Assembly (NCBI GenBank): GCA_005809105.1
Contig: SYLI01000048.1
Coordinates: 555 to 64,554 of the forward strand
Direction: 5' to 3'
DNA length: 64,000 nucleotides
DNA from: Verrucomicrobiales bacterium
Lineage (GTDB): Bacteria; Verrucomicrobiota; Verrucomicrobiia; Limisphaerales; UBA1100
The notes under the pieces are model-generated. The model was given only the letters and a program-made list of their open reading frames with translations. It had not been told where the DNA came from and did no database searches. A program made the translations under genes and the position numbers. Below, one piece after another: positions 12,368-21,072 of this stretch (position 1 is its first letter; each line of letters starts with the position of its first letter).

Positions 12368-12946
12368 TTGACGTTGGCGCTGTTTGACACGTCCGGAGCG
12401 TCTGCCTACGTTGGCGCTTTAAGCCGGCCTGTGAATCCCCTCTGCCAACATTGCCAGCAGGAAATTGCACGGCGGCAGCTTCACCATTGCCCCGATTGCC
12501 ATGCGGCTTTCCACATCGGATGCTGGCAGCAGCACGATGGCTGTTCCAATGGCGACTGTTCGCAGGCCGCCACAGTGGCAGCCGCGCCTGAGGCACCACC
12601 CTCCAGTCACGAGCGGCCGGTGCCAGGGACTCCGGGCGCGCCCCGGCGGCTGGGCGTGCTGGTTTCCGTGGGGCCTGAGCATCCCAGTTTTGTGCATGCG
12701 CTGCGACTGGCACAGGCGGCGATGGAGGCGAAGGTGGAGGTCTACTACTACTGCCTTGATGACGCCGTGAAAGGGCTGAGCGACCCGGGGCTTCAGCAGC
12801 TTCGCGCGCAAGGACTGCGGCTCTTTGGCTGCGCCTATTCCGCGCAGCGCCGCCGCATCGCGCCGGGCGACGAGGCGCTCTACGGGGGGCTCACGATGCT
12901 CAGCGACATCATGGCCGCCACTCACCGGTTTGTGAGTTTTAACTAA
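12368..12946 (+). CDS. DsrE/TusD-like sulfur-relay protein with N-terminal Cys/His zinc-finger-like extension
   Basis: C-terminal 100 aa: VLVSVGPEH..VYYYCLDDAV..LFGCAYSAQRRRI..THRFVSFN, which resembles DsrE/TusD including the Cys context. N-terminus: CQHCQQEIARRQLHHCPDCHAAFHIGCWQQHDGCSNGDC. Start is TTG 12368 or GTG 12431. Confidence 0.65.
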   Translation: MTLALFDTSGASAYVGALSRPVNPLCQHCQQEIARRQLHHCPDCHAAFHIGCWQQHDGCSNGDCSQAATVAAAPEAPPSSHERPVPGTPGAPRRLGVLVSVGPEHPSFVHALRLAQAAMEAKVEVYYYCLDDAVKGLSDPGLQQLRAQGLRLFGCAYSAQRRRIAPGDEALYGGLTMLSDIMAATHRFVSFN

Positions 12947-12947
12947 C

Positions 12948-13316
12948 ATGGCTCCCGCGCCCAAGAAAATGCCGACGGTGCTGCTCATCATCACCAGCGA
13001 TCCGCGCAGCGGCCCGCGCGCCGCCGAGGCCATGCGTCTTGCCGGCGGCATCAGTGTCTGGCGACAGGTTCGCGTCAACATCTGCCTGCGGCATGAGGCC
13101 TCGCACGCACTCTGCGAGCATTCCGAGGAGATGGAGGGCGGGCGCCTGTTTGCCCAGTTCCTTCCGATGGTTCGGGAGTCCGGCGGCGAGATTTATGTTC
13201 AGGCCACCGACGAGACGTGCTTGGCCATCGACCCGGACACTCTTCTGTCGCGCAACCTCAAGGATGCGCGGCTGGCAGCGCTCGCCGCCGAAGCCGACTA
13301 CGTCCTGCGATTCTGA
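12948..13316 (+). CDS. DsrF/TusC-like sulfur-relay protein
   Basis: 122 aa, VLLIITSDP...ADYVLRF (TusC ends ..YDVILRF). There is a 1-nt gap after the previous stop. Confidence 0.65.
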   Translation: MAPAPKKMPTVLLIITSDPRSGPRAAEAMRLAGGISVWRQVRVNICLRHEASHALCEHSEEMEGGRLFAQFLPMVRESGGEIYVQATDETCLAIDPDTLLSRNLKDARLAALAAEADYVLRF

Positions 13317-13318
13317 CC

Positions 13319-13507
13319 ATGCGCCGCATCCTTCACATCACCACCCGCGAGGAGGACGCGCTGGCCCGCAGCATGAGGGGGCTGCAGACCGAGGCGGGCC
13401 ACGACGTCGTCTGCATCGACCTCTCGGTGGTGGCACTCGACACCGAGGCAGACTACTCGGTGCTGGTTGAAGAAATCTTCAAGGCCGACTCGGTACAGGT
13501 CTGGTAA
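13319..13507 (+). CDS. short DsrH/TusB-like protein
   Basis: 62 aa, MRRILHITT...DYSVLVEEIFKADSVQVW (TusB: MLHTLH...DYTDFVRLTVKHPSQMAW). There is a 2-nt gap after the previous stop. Shorter than canonical TusB. Confidence 0.5.
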   Translation: MRRILHITTREEDALARSMRGLQTEAGHDVVCIDLSVVALDTEADYSVLVEEIFKADSVQVW

Positions 13508-14207
13508 GCAGACTCTCGAGTATCCGCCTGGCGGCCTCGCACGGATCGGCTGCGAGGGTGATGGGGCGCCCGATCACCAGCCCGTCGGCTCCTGCCTCCA
13601 TTGCCTCGGCAGGAGTCATCGTTCGTTTCTGGTCTCCTGCGGCTGACTCGGCAGGGCGGATTCCCGGGGTGATGAGACGCATCGAGCGCGGCAGTGCGCG
13701 GCGCAGCATCGGCAGTTCGCGCGGCGAACAGACCAGCCCCTGCAATCCAGCGGTACAGGCCAGATTCGCCAGCCGTTCCACTTGGGCAGCCGCATCCCCT
13801 GCCACACCCACGCTGGCTAGGTCGGCGTCATCCAAACTGGTCAGTACCGTGACGGCCAGCACCCAGGGCGCCGGTCGGTTCAACTCGCGCGCGGCCGTTT
13901 CTGCCGCGTCCTGCGCAGCGCGCAGCATCGCCAGCCCGCCACTCGCGTGAACCGTGAGCATCTGCACATCCAGCCGCACGGCGGCGGCAACCGCGGCGGC
14001 CACCGTGTTAGGGATGTCGTGGAACTTGAGATCAAGAAAGACGGACGCGCCAGCGGCGCGCAGGTGCCGAACGATGTCGGGCCCCTCGGACACGAAGAGC
14101 TCCTTGCCCACCTTCACCGCGCCCACCACGGGTGCCAGCGTCTCTGCCAGATGCAGCGCGCGCGCGGCGTCGGGGACATCGAGCGCGACGATGAGCGGAT
14201 TTTGCAT
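13479..14207 (-). CDS. pyrF: orotidine 5'-phosphate decarboxylase
   Basis: NPLIVALDV.., DLKFHDIPNTV, VHASGG, GRPI. ATG 14207 is preferred; ATG 14225 would overlap the divergent mfd start. Confidence 0.9.
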   Translation of the reverse strand: MQNPLIVALDVPDAARALHLAETLAPVVGAVKVGKELFVSEGPDIVRHLRAAGASVFLDLKFHDIPNTVAAAVAAAVRLDVQMLTVHASGGLAMLRAAQDAAETAARELNRPAPWVLAVTVLTSLDDADLASVGVAGDAAAQVERLANLACTAGLQGLVCSPRELPMLRRALPRSMRLITPGIRPAESAAGDQKRTMTPAEAMEAGADGLVIGRPITLAADPCEAARRILESLLTRPVPSRP

Positions 14208-14223
14208 CGCGGGTGATTGAACC

Positions 14224-17200
14224 ATGCGCGTCAGCGAAAGTCACGGTCGGTGGGCGGTGGCGACACTTGACGCCCTGCGCGTGCGCGTGCCAACGTCCGT
14301 CGCTGTTCCAAAAATCGAGCAGGTTCGCGACATTCTAGACCGTGCATCGAAGGTCCCCGCCTTGCAGGAGCTGGCGAAGCGGTTGGACGGCGGCGGAGCT
14401 GTGTCCTGCGCCGGCGTGGATGGGGCAGCGCGGCCCTTCCTTGTGGCGCTGCTTTGCCGGCTCCTTCCCCGCCACGGCTTCGTGTTCATCACTGAGGGCA
14501 TCAAGGCTCAGGAAATCTTGCAGCAGGATCTAGAGACCTGGCTGGGTTGGGCTGGCGAGGCTGGACGGCCGCTCTTCTATCCCGAATGGGAGGTGTTGCC
14601 GCACGAGAATCGGCTGCCGCATGCCGATGTGATTGGCGAGCGATTGGAGGCGCTGCAAGCACTGGCGAGTGGGGGCAAGGGCATTCATGGGAGGGTGCTC
14701 AACACCACGGCCGTAGGATTGATGCAACGTACCTTCGGTCGGGAAAGTCTGCGCGAACGCACGCGACGCCTGCGAGTGGGCGACAGCGTCGCGCCCAAGG
14801 ATCTTTTGGACTGGCTGGAAGGGCAGGGATACGAGCCGGAAGCGCAAGTGTCCGCCCGGGGCCAGGTGGCGCTGCGCGGCGGCATCCTCGATGTGTTTCC
14901 GTTCACCCACCCTTCTCCCGTGCGGTGCGAGTTTGTGGGCGACGAAGTCGAGTCGCTGCGCTACTTCCACCCGCACACGCAGGTGTCCTGCGAGCGAATC
15001 GGCGAGGTGCTGCTGCTTCCCGGGGGCGAGATGGGACTGCTGCGCAATGAAAAACCGGGGCCGTCGGCGGCCACACTGCTCGACCACGTTCCCGAAGCCA
15101 CCATATTTCTGCTGAGCGAACCCGAGGCCATCGAGGAGCAGGTGGCGGAATACTCCGGCCGCCTGCCACCGGATGACGCGTGGCACCTGTCGTGGGAAGA
15201 GGCGCGGGGGCGGATGACGAGCGGGGGCCGGTGCCTGTTGGAGCTTGCGGGCGAGGGCGTGGCGGCTGGCGATGAGGAAGTGGCCGTGCTGGGGATGGAA
15301 GAGCTCGACGCTCTTGGGCCGCCCCACGCGCGGCGGCCCGACCAGCCGGTGGCGGAGGCGCAGCGCCGGGAGTTGTTTGCCCAACTTCACCGGTGGTCGC
15401 GACAGGGGACCACGGTGGTCGTCTGCTGCAACAACGAGGGCGAACGCGACCGGTTTAATGAAATCTACCGCGAGCAGGGATTGGCATCGGACGAGGCTCC
15501 TTTGTGCACGGTGATGGGCGCGCTCTCGCGCGGGTTCCAATATCCCGACGCACGCATGGTGCTGGTGACCGACGCGGAAATCTTTGCACGGTACAAGGTG
15601 CAGCGGCCGCGCCGGCTCAAATCGCGCCACGCGCAGGCGTCGCGCTCCGCGTTTGACATCGACTTCACCGCGATGGCAGAGGGCGATTATGTCGTCCACA
15701 TTCAGCACGGCATTGGCCGGTATCGTGGACTGCAAACCCTCCCCCTGCTCAGCACCGCCGGCTCATCCGGGGACACTGCCGGCGAGGAGTGCCTGGTGAT
15801 TGAGTACGCACCTCCCGAACCTGACCGGCCCGCGCCCAGGCTCTACGTGCCCGTCAGCGAGGCGCATCTCGTCAGTCGCTACGTGGGCGCGGGCAGGGCA
15901 CGTCCACCGCTCAACACGCTCGGAGGCAAGCGTTGGCAGAAGGCCAAGGAGCACGCCGAGAAGGCCGTGCGCGATCTCGCGGCGGAGATGCTCTCCATCC
16001 AGGCCGCACGCGAGACCCAACCGGGGCATGCCTTCGCCGCCGATAACAACTGGCAGCACGAGTTTGAGGCGGCGTTTCTCTACGAGGAAACCCCCGACCA
16101 ACAGCAGGCCATCTCGCTCACCAAGGATGACATGCAGTCGACGCGGCCCATGGACCGCCTCATCTGCGGCGACGTGGGATTTGGCAAAACCGAAGTCGCC
16201 ATCCGCGCCGCGTTCAAGGCCGTGATGGATGGCAAACAGGTCGCGGTGATGGTGCCCACCACCGTGCTGGCGCAGCAGCACTTTAACACCTTTGCCGAGC
16301 GCATGGCCGACTACCCGGTGCGCGTGGAGTTGCTCTCACGGTTTCGCACGCCGGGCCAGCAGCAGGGGGTGGTGCGCGCCCTGGGCACAGGCCAGGTGGA
16401 CATTGTCATCGGCACGCACCGGCTGATTCAGCCCGATGTGTGCTTCAAGGATCTGGGTTTGGTGGTCATCGACGAGGAGCAACGCTTCGGCGTGCTGCAC
16501 AAGGAGCGCTTCAAGGTGCTGCGGCGGATGGTGGACGTGCTGACGCTTTCGGCCACGCCCATTCCGCGAACCCTGCACCTGGCGCTCACGGGTGCGCGCG
16601 ACATGAGCACGATTGAAACGCCGCCGCAGGACCGGCTCCCGGTGGAAACCATCGTGGCACCGTACGATGAGCGCCTCATCCGCCAAGCCATCGAACGCGA
16701 GCTCAACCGTGGTGGTCAGGTGTTTTACCTCCACAACCGGGTGGCGACCATTCACGCGATGGAGCAGAAGCTCAACGATCTGGTCCCACGGGCGCGCGTC
16801 CTGGTGGGCCATGGCCAGATGAACAGCGGCGAGCTGGAGGAGGTCATGACCCGGTTCGTCAATGGCGAGGCCGACGTGCTGCTCTGCACCACGATCATCG
16901 AGAGCGGCATCGACATCCCCAACGCCAACACCATTCTCAGCGACCGTGCCGACCGTTGCGGGCTGAGCGAACTTTACCAGCTTCGCGGGCGTGTCGGCCG
17001 GTACAAGCACCAGGCCTACGCCTACGTGTTGCTGCCGAGGCACGCGGGCCTGCTGGCCGACGCGCGCAAGCGGATCAGCGCCATCAAGCAGTATTCCAGC
17101 CTGGGCAGCGGGTTTCGCATCGCCATGCGCGATCTTGAAATCCGTGGCGCGGGCAATCTTCTGGGATCCGAGCAAAGCGGCCATATCACCGCCGTGGGCT

Positions 17201-17799
17201 TTGACCTCTACTGCCAGTTGCTCAAGCAGAGCATCGCGGTGTTAAAGGGTGAGAAGGCGCCCGTGCGCATCGAGGTTGAGGTGAGGCTGGACTTCCTCCC
17301 GTTGGGACCGCAGTCGATGCCCGAGAAACCTGCGCCCCAAGCGAAGACGCGACGCAAGCCCATTGATACCGTGGTGCCGCGCGAGGTCGCTGTCTGGGCC
17401 GAAGAGGTGGGGGTGCGCGAGCCGGCCCCGGAAACCAACACGTGTGTTCCGGCGGCCGCGTATCTGCCTGCCGCCTACATCGGCGATACCCGCGCGCGCA
17501 TCGACATCTACCGACGGCTCGCGCAGGCGTCCGCGCCCGAGGCGGTGGAGGCCCTGCGGGTGGAACTGCGCGACCGGTTTGGGCGCCTGCCCGAATCGGT
17601 GGAGCACCTGCTGGCATTGACCGAGCTCAAAGTTTTGGCGGCGGAAAAGGGGGTGAGCTCCCTGGAAGTGGAGTCCAATCGGCTGAAGCTGATGCGCAAT
17701 GGCGACTACATCTCTCTTGGTGGGAAATTCCCCCGCCTCGCCAAGACCACGGCCGCGGCGCGCCTGCGCGAGATCCGCTCGCTCTTGCGCGCGTTGTGA
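14224..17799 (+). CDS. mfd: transcription-repair coupling factor
   Basis: 1191 aa with superfamily-2 helicase motifs (GDVGFGKTEVA, VVIDEEQRFG, LSATPIPRT, QLRGRVGR), a CarD-like region (VVHIQHGIGRY) and a TRCF C-terminal domain. Confidence 0.95.
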   Translation: MRVSESHGRWAVATLDALRVRVPTSVAVPKIEQVRDILDRASKVPALQELAKRLDGGGAVSCAGVDGAARPFLVALLCRLLPRHGFVFITEGIKAQEILQQDLETWLGWAGEAGRPLFYPEWEVLPHENRLPHADVIGERLEALQALASGGKGIHGRVLNTTAVGLMQRTFGRESLRERTRRLRVGDSVAPKDLLDWLEGQGYEPEAQVSARGQVALRGGILDVFPFTHPSPVRCEFVGDEVESLRYFHPHTQVSCERIGEVLLLPGGEMGLLRNEKPGPSAATLLDHVPEATIFLLSEPEAIEEQVAEYSGRLPPDDAWHLSWEEARGRMTSGGRCLLELAGEGVAAGDEEVAVLGMEELDALGPPHARRPDQPVAEAQRRELFAQLHRWSRQGTTVVVCCNNEGERDRFNEIYREQGLASDEAPLCTVMGALSRGFQYPDARMVLVTDAEIFARYKVQRPRRLKSRHAQASRSAFDIDFTAMAEGDYVVHIQHGIGRYRGLQTLPLLSTAGSSGDTAGEECLVIEYAPPEPDRPAPRLYVPVSEAHLVSRYVGAGRARPPLNTLGGKRWQKAKEHAEKAVRDLAAEMLSIQAARETQPGHAFAADNNWQHEFEAAFLYEETPDQQQAISLTKDDMQSTRPMDRLICGDVGFGKTEVAIRAAFKAVMDGKQVAVMVPTTVLAQQHFNTFAERMADYPVRVELLSRFRTPGQQQGVVRALGTGQVDIVIGTHRLIQPDVCFKDLGLVVIDEEQRFGVLHKERFKVLRRMVDVLTLSATPIPRTLHLALTGARDMSTIETPPQDRLPVETIVAPYDERLIRQAIERELNRGGQVFYLHNRVATIHAMEQKLNDLVPRARVLVGHGQMNSGELEEVMTRFVNGEADVLLCTTIIESGIDIPNANTILSDRADRCGLSELYQLRGRVGRYKHQAYAYVLLPRHAGLLADARKRISAIKQYSSLGSGFRIAMRDLEIRGAGNLLGSEQSGHITAVGFDLYCQLLKQSIAVLKGEKAPVRIEVEVRLDFLPLGPQSMPEKPAPQAKTRRKPIDTVVPREVAVWAEEVGVREPAPETNTCVPAAAYLPAAYIGDTRARIDIYRRLAQASAPEAVEALRVELRDRFGRLPESVEHLLALTELKVLAAEKGVSSLEVESNRLKLMRNGDYISLGGKFPRLAKTTAAARLREIRSLLRAL

Positions 17800-17863
17800 A
17801 TTCTGTGAATGGGGGCCGCTTGACTTGCCGTCGCCTCCTGCGCGAAAGTTGCGCCCAGTAGCC

Positions 17864-18280
17864 ATGGCCAGCAAGAAGAACAACGCCCGAAAACTTTCCC
17901 CCACGCAGCGGCGCGACTTGGACATTGAGATTGGATTTCTTGAGGGATTGGTGCGCCGCGACGGCCGCTGTCTGGAGGCCCTGCAGATGCTGGGCGACGA
18001 CTACACTCGCCGCGGCCGTTTCAAAGACGGGCTGGGCATCGACCGTCAGTTGACCAGCCTGCGTCCGGACGACCCGCTGGTGCATTACAATCTGGCCTGC
18101 AGCTTCTCATTGACCCGCCAGTTTGCCGAGGCCGCCGATGCGCTCCGCCGGGCCATCGCGTGTGGCTACCGCGACTTCAAGTGGCTGCGGCGCGATCCTG
18201 ACCTCGCGTCGCTGCGCAAACATTCCCTCTTTCAGAATCTGCGGGAGGAAATCCCCGGGCTTGATTCCGAACCGCGGTGA
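17864..18280 (+). CDS. TPR-like protein, paralogous C-terminal motif to 11837..12346
   Basis: ATG at 17864 (MASKKNNARK..). Contains YNLACSFSLTRQFAEAADALRRAIACGYRDFKWLRRDPDLASL. Confidence 0.55.
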   Translation: MASKKNNARKLSPTQRRDLDIEIGFLEGLVRRDGRCLEALQMLGDDYTRRGRFKDGLGIDRQLTSLRPDDPLVHYNLACSFSLTRQFAEAADALRRAIACGYRDFKWLRRDPDLASLRKHSLFQNLREEIPGLDSEPR

Positions 18281-19075
<795 letters not shown>

Positions 19076-19121
19076 CAATTTCCCTTTCCGGCGCCCCCCG
19101 GCGGCGCTTAGGATTCTCCCC

Positions 19122-19682
19122 ATGCCTGTTGATGACATCCTGCTGGAGGCCGAGGACAAGATGCAGAAGACAGAGCACGTCCTGCAGAATGAGCTGGCGG
19201 GAGTGCGCACCGGCAAGGCTTCGCCTGCGCTGGTGGAAAACATTCTCGTGGAAGCCTACGGCGTGCAGATGCGCCTGCGCGAGATGGCGGGCATCTCCGT
19301 GCCCGAGCCACGCATGCTGGTGGTGCAACCTTGGGATCTGGGAAATCTTTCCCATGTCGAGAAGGCGATCCAAAAGGCCAACATCGGCCTCAGCCCCCGC
19401 GTGGAGGGCAAACTCATCCGCCTGGTGCTTCCGCAGCTGAGCGAACAGCGGCGGCAAGAGTTCGTGAAAATGGCGCGCAAGATGGCCGAGGATGGGCGCG
19501 TGGCGGTGCGCCACGAGCGCCGCGATGCGTTGCTGCAGCTTAAAGAGGAATCCAAGTCGGGCGTCATCACCGAAGACGAACAGGCGCACGGCGACAAGGA
19601 GATTCAGCAGCTGACCGACACTTACACGAAGAAGATCGACGAGCACCTGGAGCGTAAGGAGAAGGAAATCATGACAGTCTGA
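19122..19682 (+). CDS. frr: ribosome recycling factor
   Basis: 186 aa with LAGVRTGKASPALVENI and IRLVLPQLSEQRRQEFVK. The pyrH-frr order is conserved. Confidence 0.95.
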   Translation: MPVDDILLEAEDKMQKTEHVLQNELAGVRTGKASPALVENILVEAYGVQMRLREMAGISVPEPRMLVVQPWDLGNLSHVEKAIQKANIGLSPRVEGKLIRLVLPQLSEQRRQEFVKMARKMAEDGRVAVRHERRDALLQLKEESKSGVITEDEQAHGDKEIQQLTDTYTKKIDEHLERKEKEIMTV

Positions 19683-19704
19683 CGTCCCGGCGCCTCCCCC
19701 CACG

Positions 19705-20130
19705 ATGAACCCGACACTCAATCTCGAACCCATCGCCGCGCAGACCAATGAGCTGTGCCGCGCCATCGTCACCCAGCCTGAGTTTTCCGGCCTGCACAAG
19801 AGGCTCGATTCGTTTCTGCAGGATGAGAAGCTCAAGTTTGATTATCAGATGCTCAACGACCGCGGCGCGCTGTTGCAGCAGAAACAGCAATACGGCATGG
19901 AACTTGGTGCCGAGGAGGTGGAGCAGTTTGAGGCGCTGCGCAAGGAATTCCTCGGCAATCCCGTGGCGCAGGATTTCTTAAGCGCGCAGGAGGAGGTGCA
20001 GCAGCTGCAGGATCGCATCCACCAGCATCTGGCCAAGGCGTTCGAGCTGGGGCGTGTGCCGCAGTCGGGAGACTTTGACACCTGCAGCGATGGCTTCGGC
20101 CACTGCGGCTGCGCCACGGCTGACTCTTAA
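19705..20130 (+). CDS. YlbF/YmcA-like (UPF0342-type) helical protein with Cys-rich tail
   Basis: 141 aa, helical, LCRAIVTQPEF.., C-terminal CSDGFGHCGC. Family call is tentative. Confidence 0.5.
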   Translation: MNPTLNLEPIAAQTNELCRAIVTQPEFSGLHKRLDSFLQDEKLKFDYQMLNDRGALLQQKQQYGMELGAEEVEQFEALRKEFLGNPVAQDFLSAQEEVQQLQDRIHQHLAKAFELGRVPQSGDFDTCSDGFGHCGCATADS

Positions 20131-20154
20131 AGCTCCAGCGAGGCAATAAACCTT

Positions 20155-21072
20155 ATGAAACCCGTTGTCTCCAGTAATCGGCGGCGGTTCCTTTTTGCCG
20201 GAGCCGCGGCTTTGGGAGGCGTGGGCGTTCGCGCGGCGCAGCCTTTCGGACGGACGGACCGCTCGCGGCTGCGGTTGAGCCTGGCGGCCTACTCCTTCCG
20301 CGATGCGTTTAAGACCGCCAAGGGTGCGGTGGCCGGGGCCGCGCCGCGAATGGACATGCTCAAGTTCGTGGACTACTGCGCCGAGCACGGATGCGACGGT
20401 GCGGAGTTGACCAGCTACTTTTTCCCGCCGGAGGTGGGGGCGGACTACCTGCTCAAAGTGCGTCGTCGTGCCTTCCTTTCGGGGGTGGAGGTGAGCGGCA
20501 CGGCGGTGGGAAACAATTTCTCGCTGCCTGGCGTCGACGCGCGGGCCGCGCAGGTGGCGCAGGTCAAGCGGTGGATCGACCACGCCGCCGTGTTGGGTGC
20601 GCCGCACATCCGCGTGTTTGCCGGAGTGGCGCCAAAGGATTTTCCACGCGAGAAGGCCGACGAGGCGGCCACTGCGGCACTGCGCGAATGCTGTGACTAC
20701 GCCGCACCCAAGGGGATTTTTCTGGGGCTGGAAAACCATGACAGCATCGGCACGGCGGAGAGCCTGTTGCGATTCGTGAAGGCGGTGGATCACCCGTGGT
20801 TTGGCCTCAATCTGGACACGGGCAATTTCCGCGCGGCCGACCCCTACCGCGAAATGGAACTGACGGCACCCCACGCGGTGAACGTGCAGCTCAAGGTGGA
20901 GTTGTCGGTGGAGGGCCGCAAAGCACCCACGGATGTCGCACGGGTTCTGCGCATCCTACGGGCGGCGCGTTATCAGGGCTATGTGGCGTTGGAGTACGAG
21001 GCTGCGGAAGATCCTTTTCAGGCCGTTCCCAAGGTGCTGCGCGAATTGAAGACCAGCCTGGCGGCCGGCTAG
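20155..21072 (+). CDS. sugar phosphate isomerase/epimerase (xylose-isomerase-like TIM barrel), TAT signal
   Basis: SNRRRFLFAGAAALGG twin-arginine leader. Also HGCDGAELTSYFF, APHIRVFAG, GLENH, LDTGNF, YQGYVALEYE. Confidence 0.8.
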   Translation: MKPVVSSNRRRFLFAGAAALGGVGVRAAQPFGRTDRSRLRLSLAAYSFRDAFKTAKGAVAGAAPRMDMLKFVDYCAEHGCDGAELTSYFFPPEVGADYLLKVRRRAFLSGVEVSGTAVGNNFSLPGVDARAAQVAQVKRWIDHAAVLGAPHIRVFAGVAPKDFPREKADEAATAALRECCDYAAPKGIFLGLENHDSIGTAESLLRFVKAVDHPWFGLNLDTGNFRAADPYREMELTAPHAVNVQLKVELSVEGRKAPTDVARVLRILRAARYQGYVALEYEAAEDPFQAVPKVLRELKTSLAAG

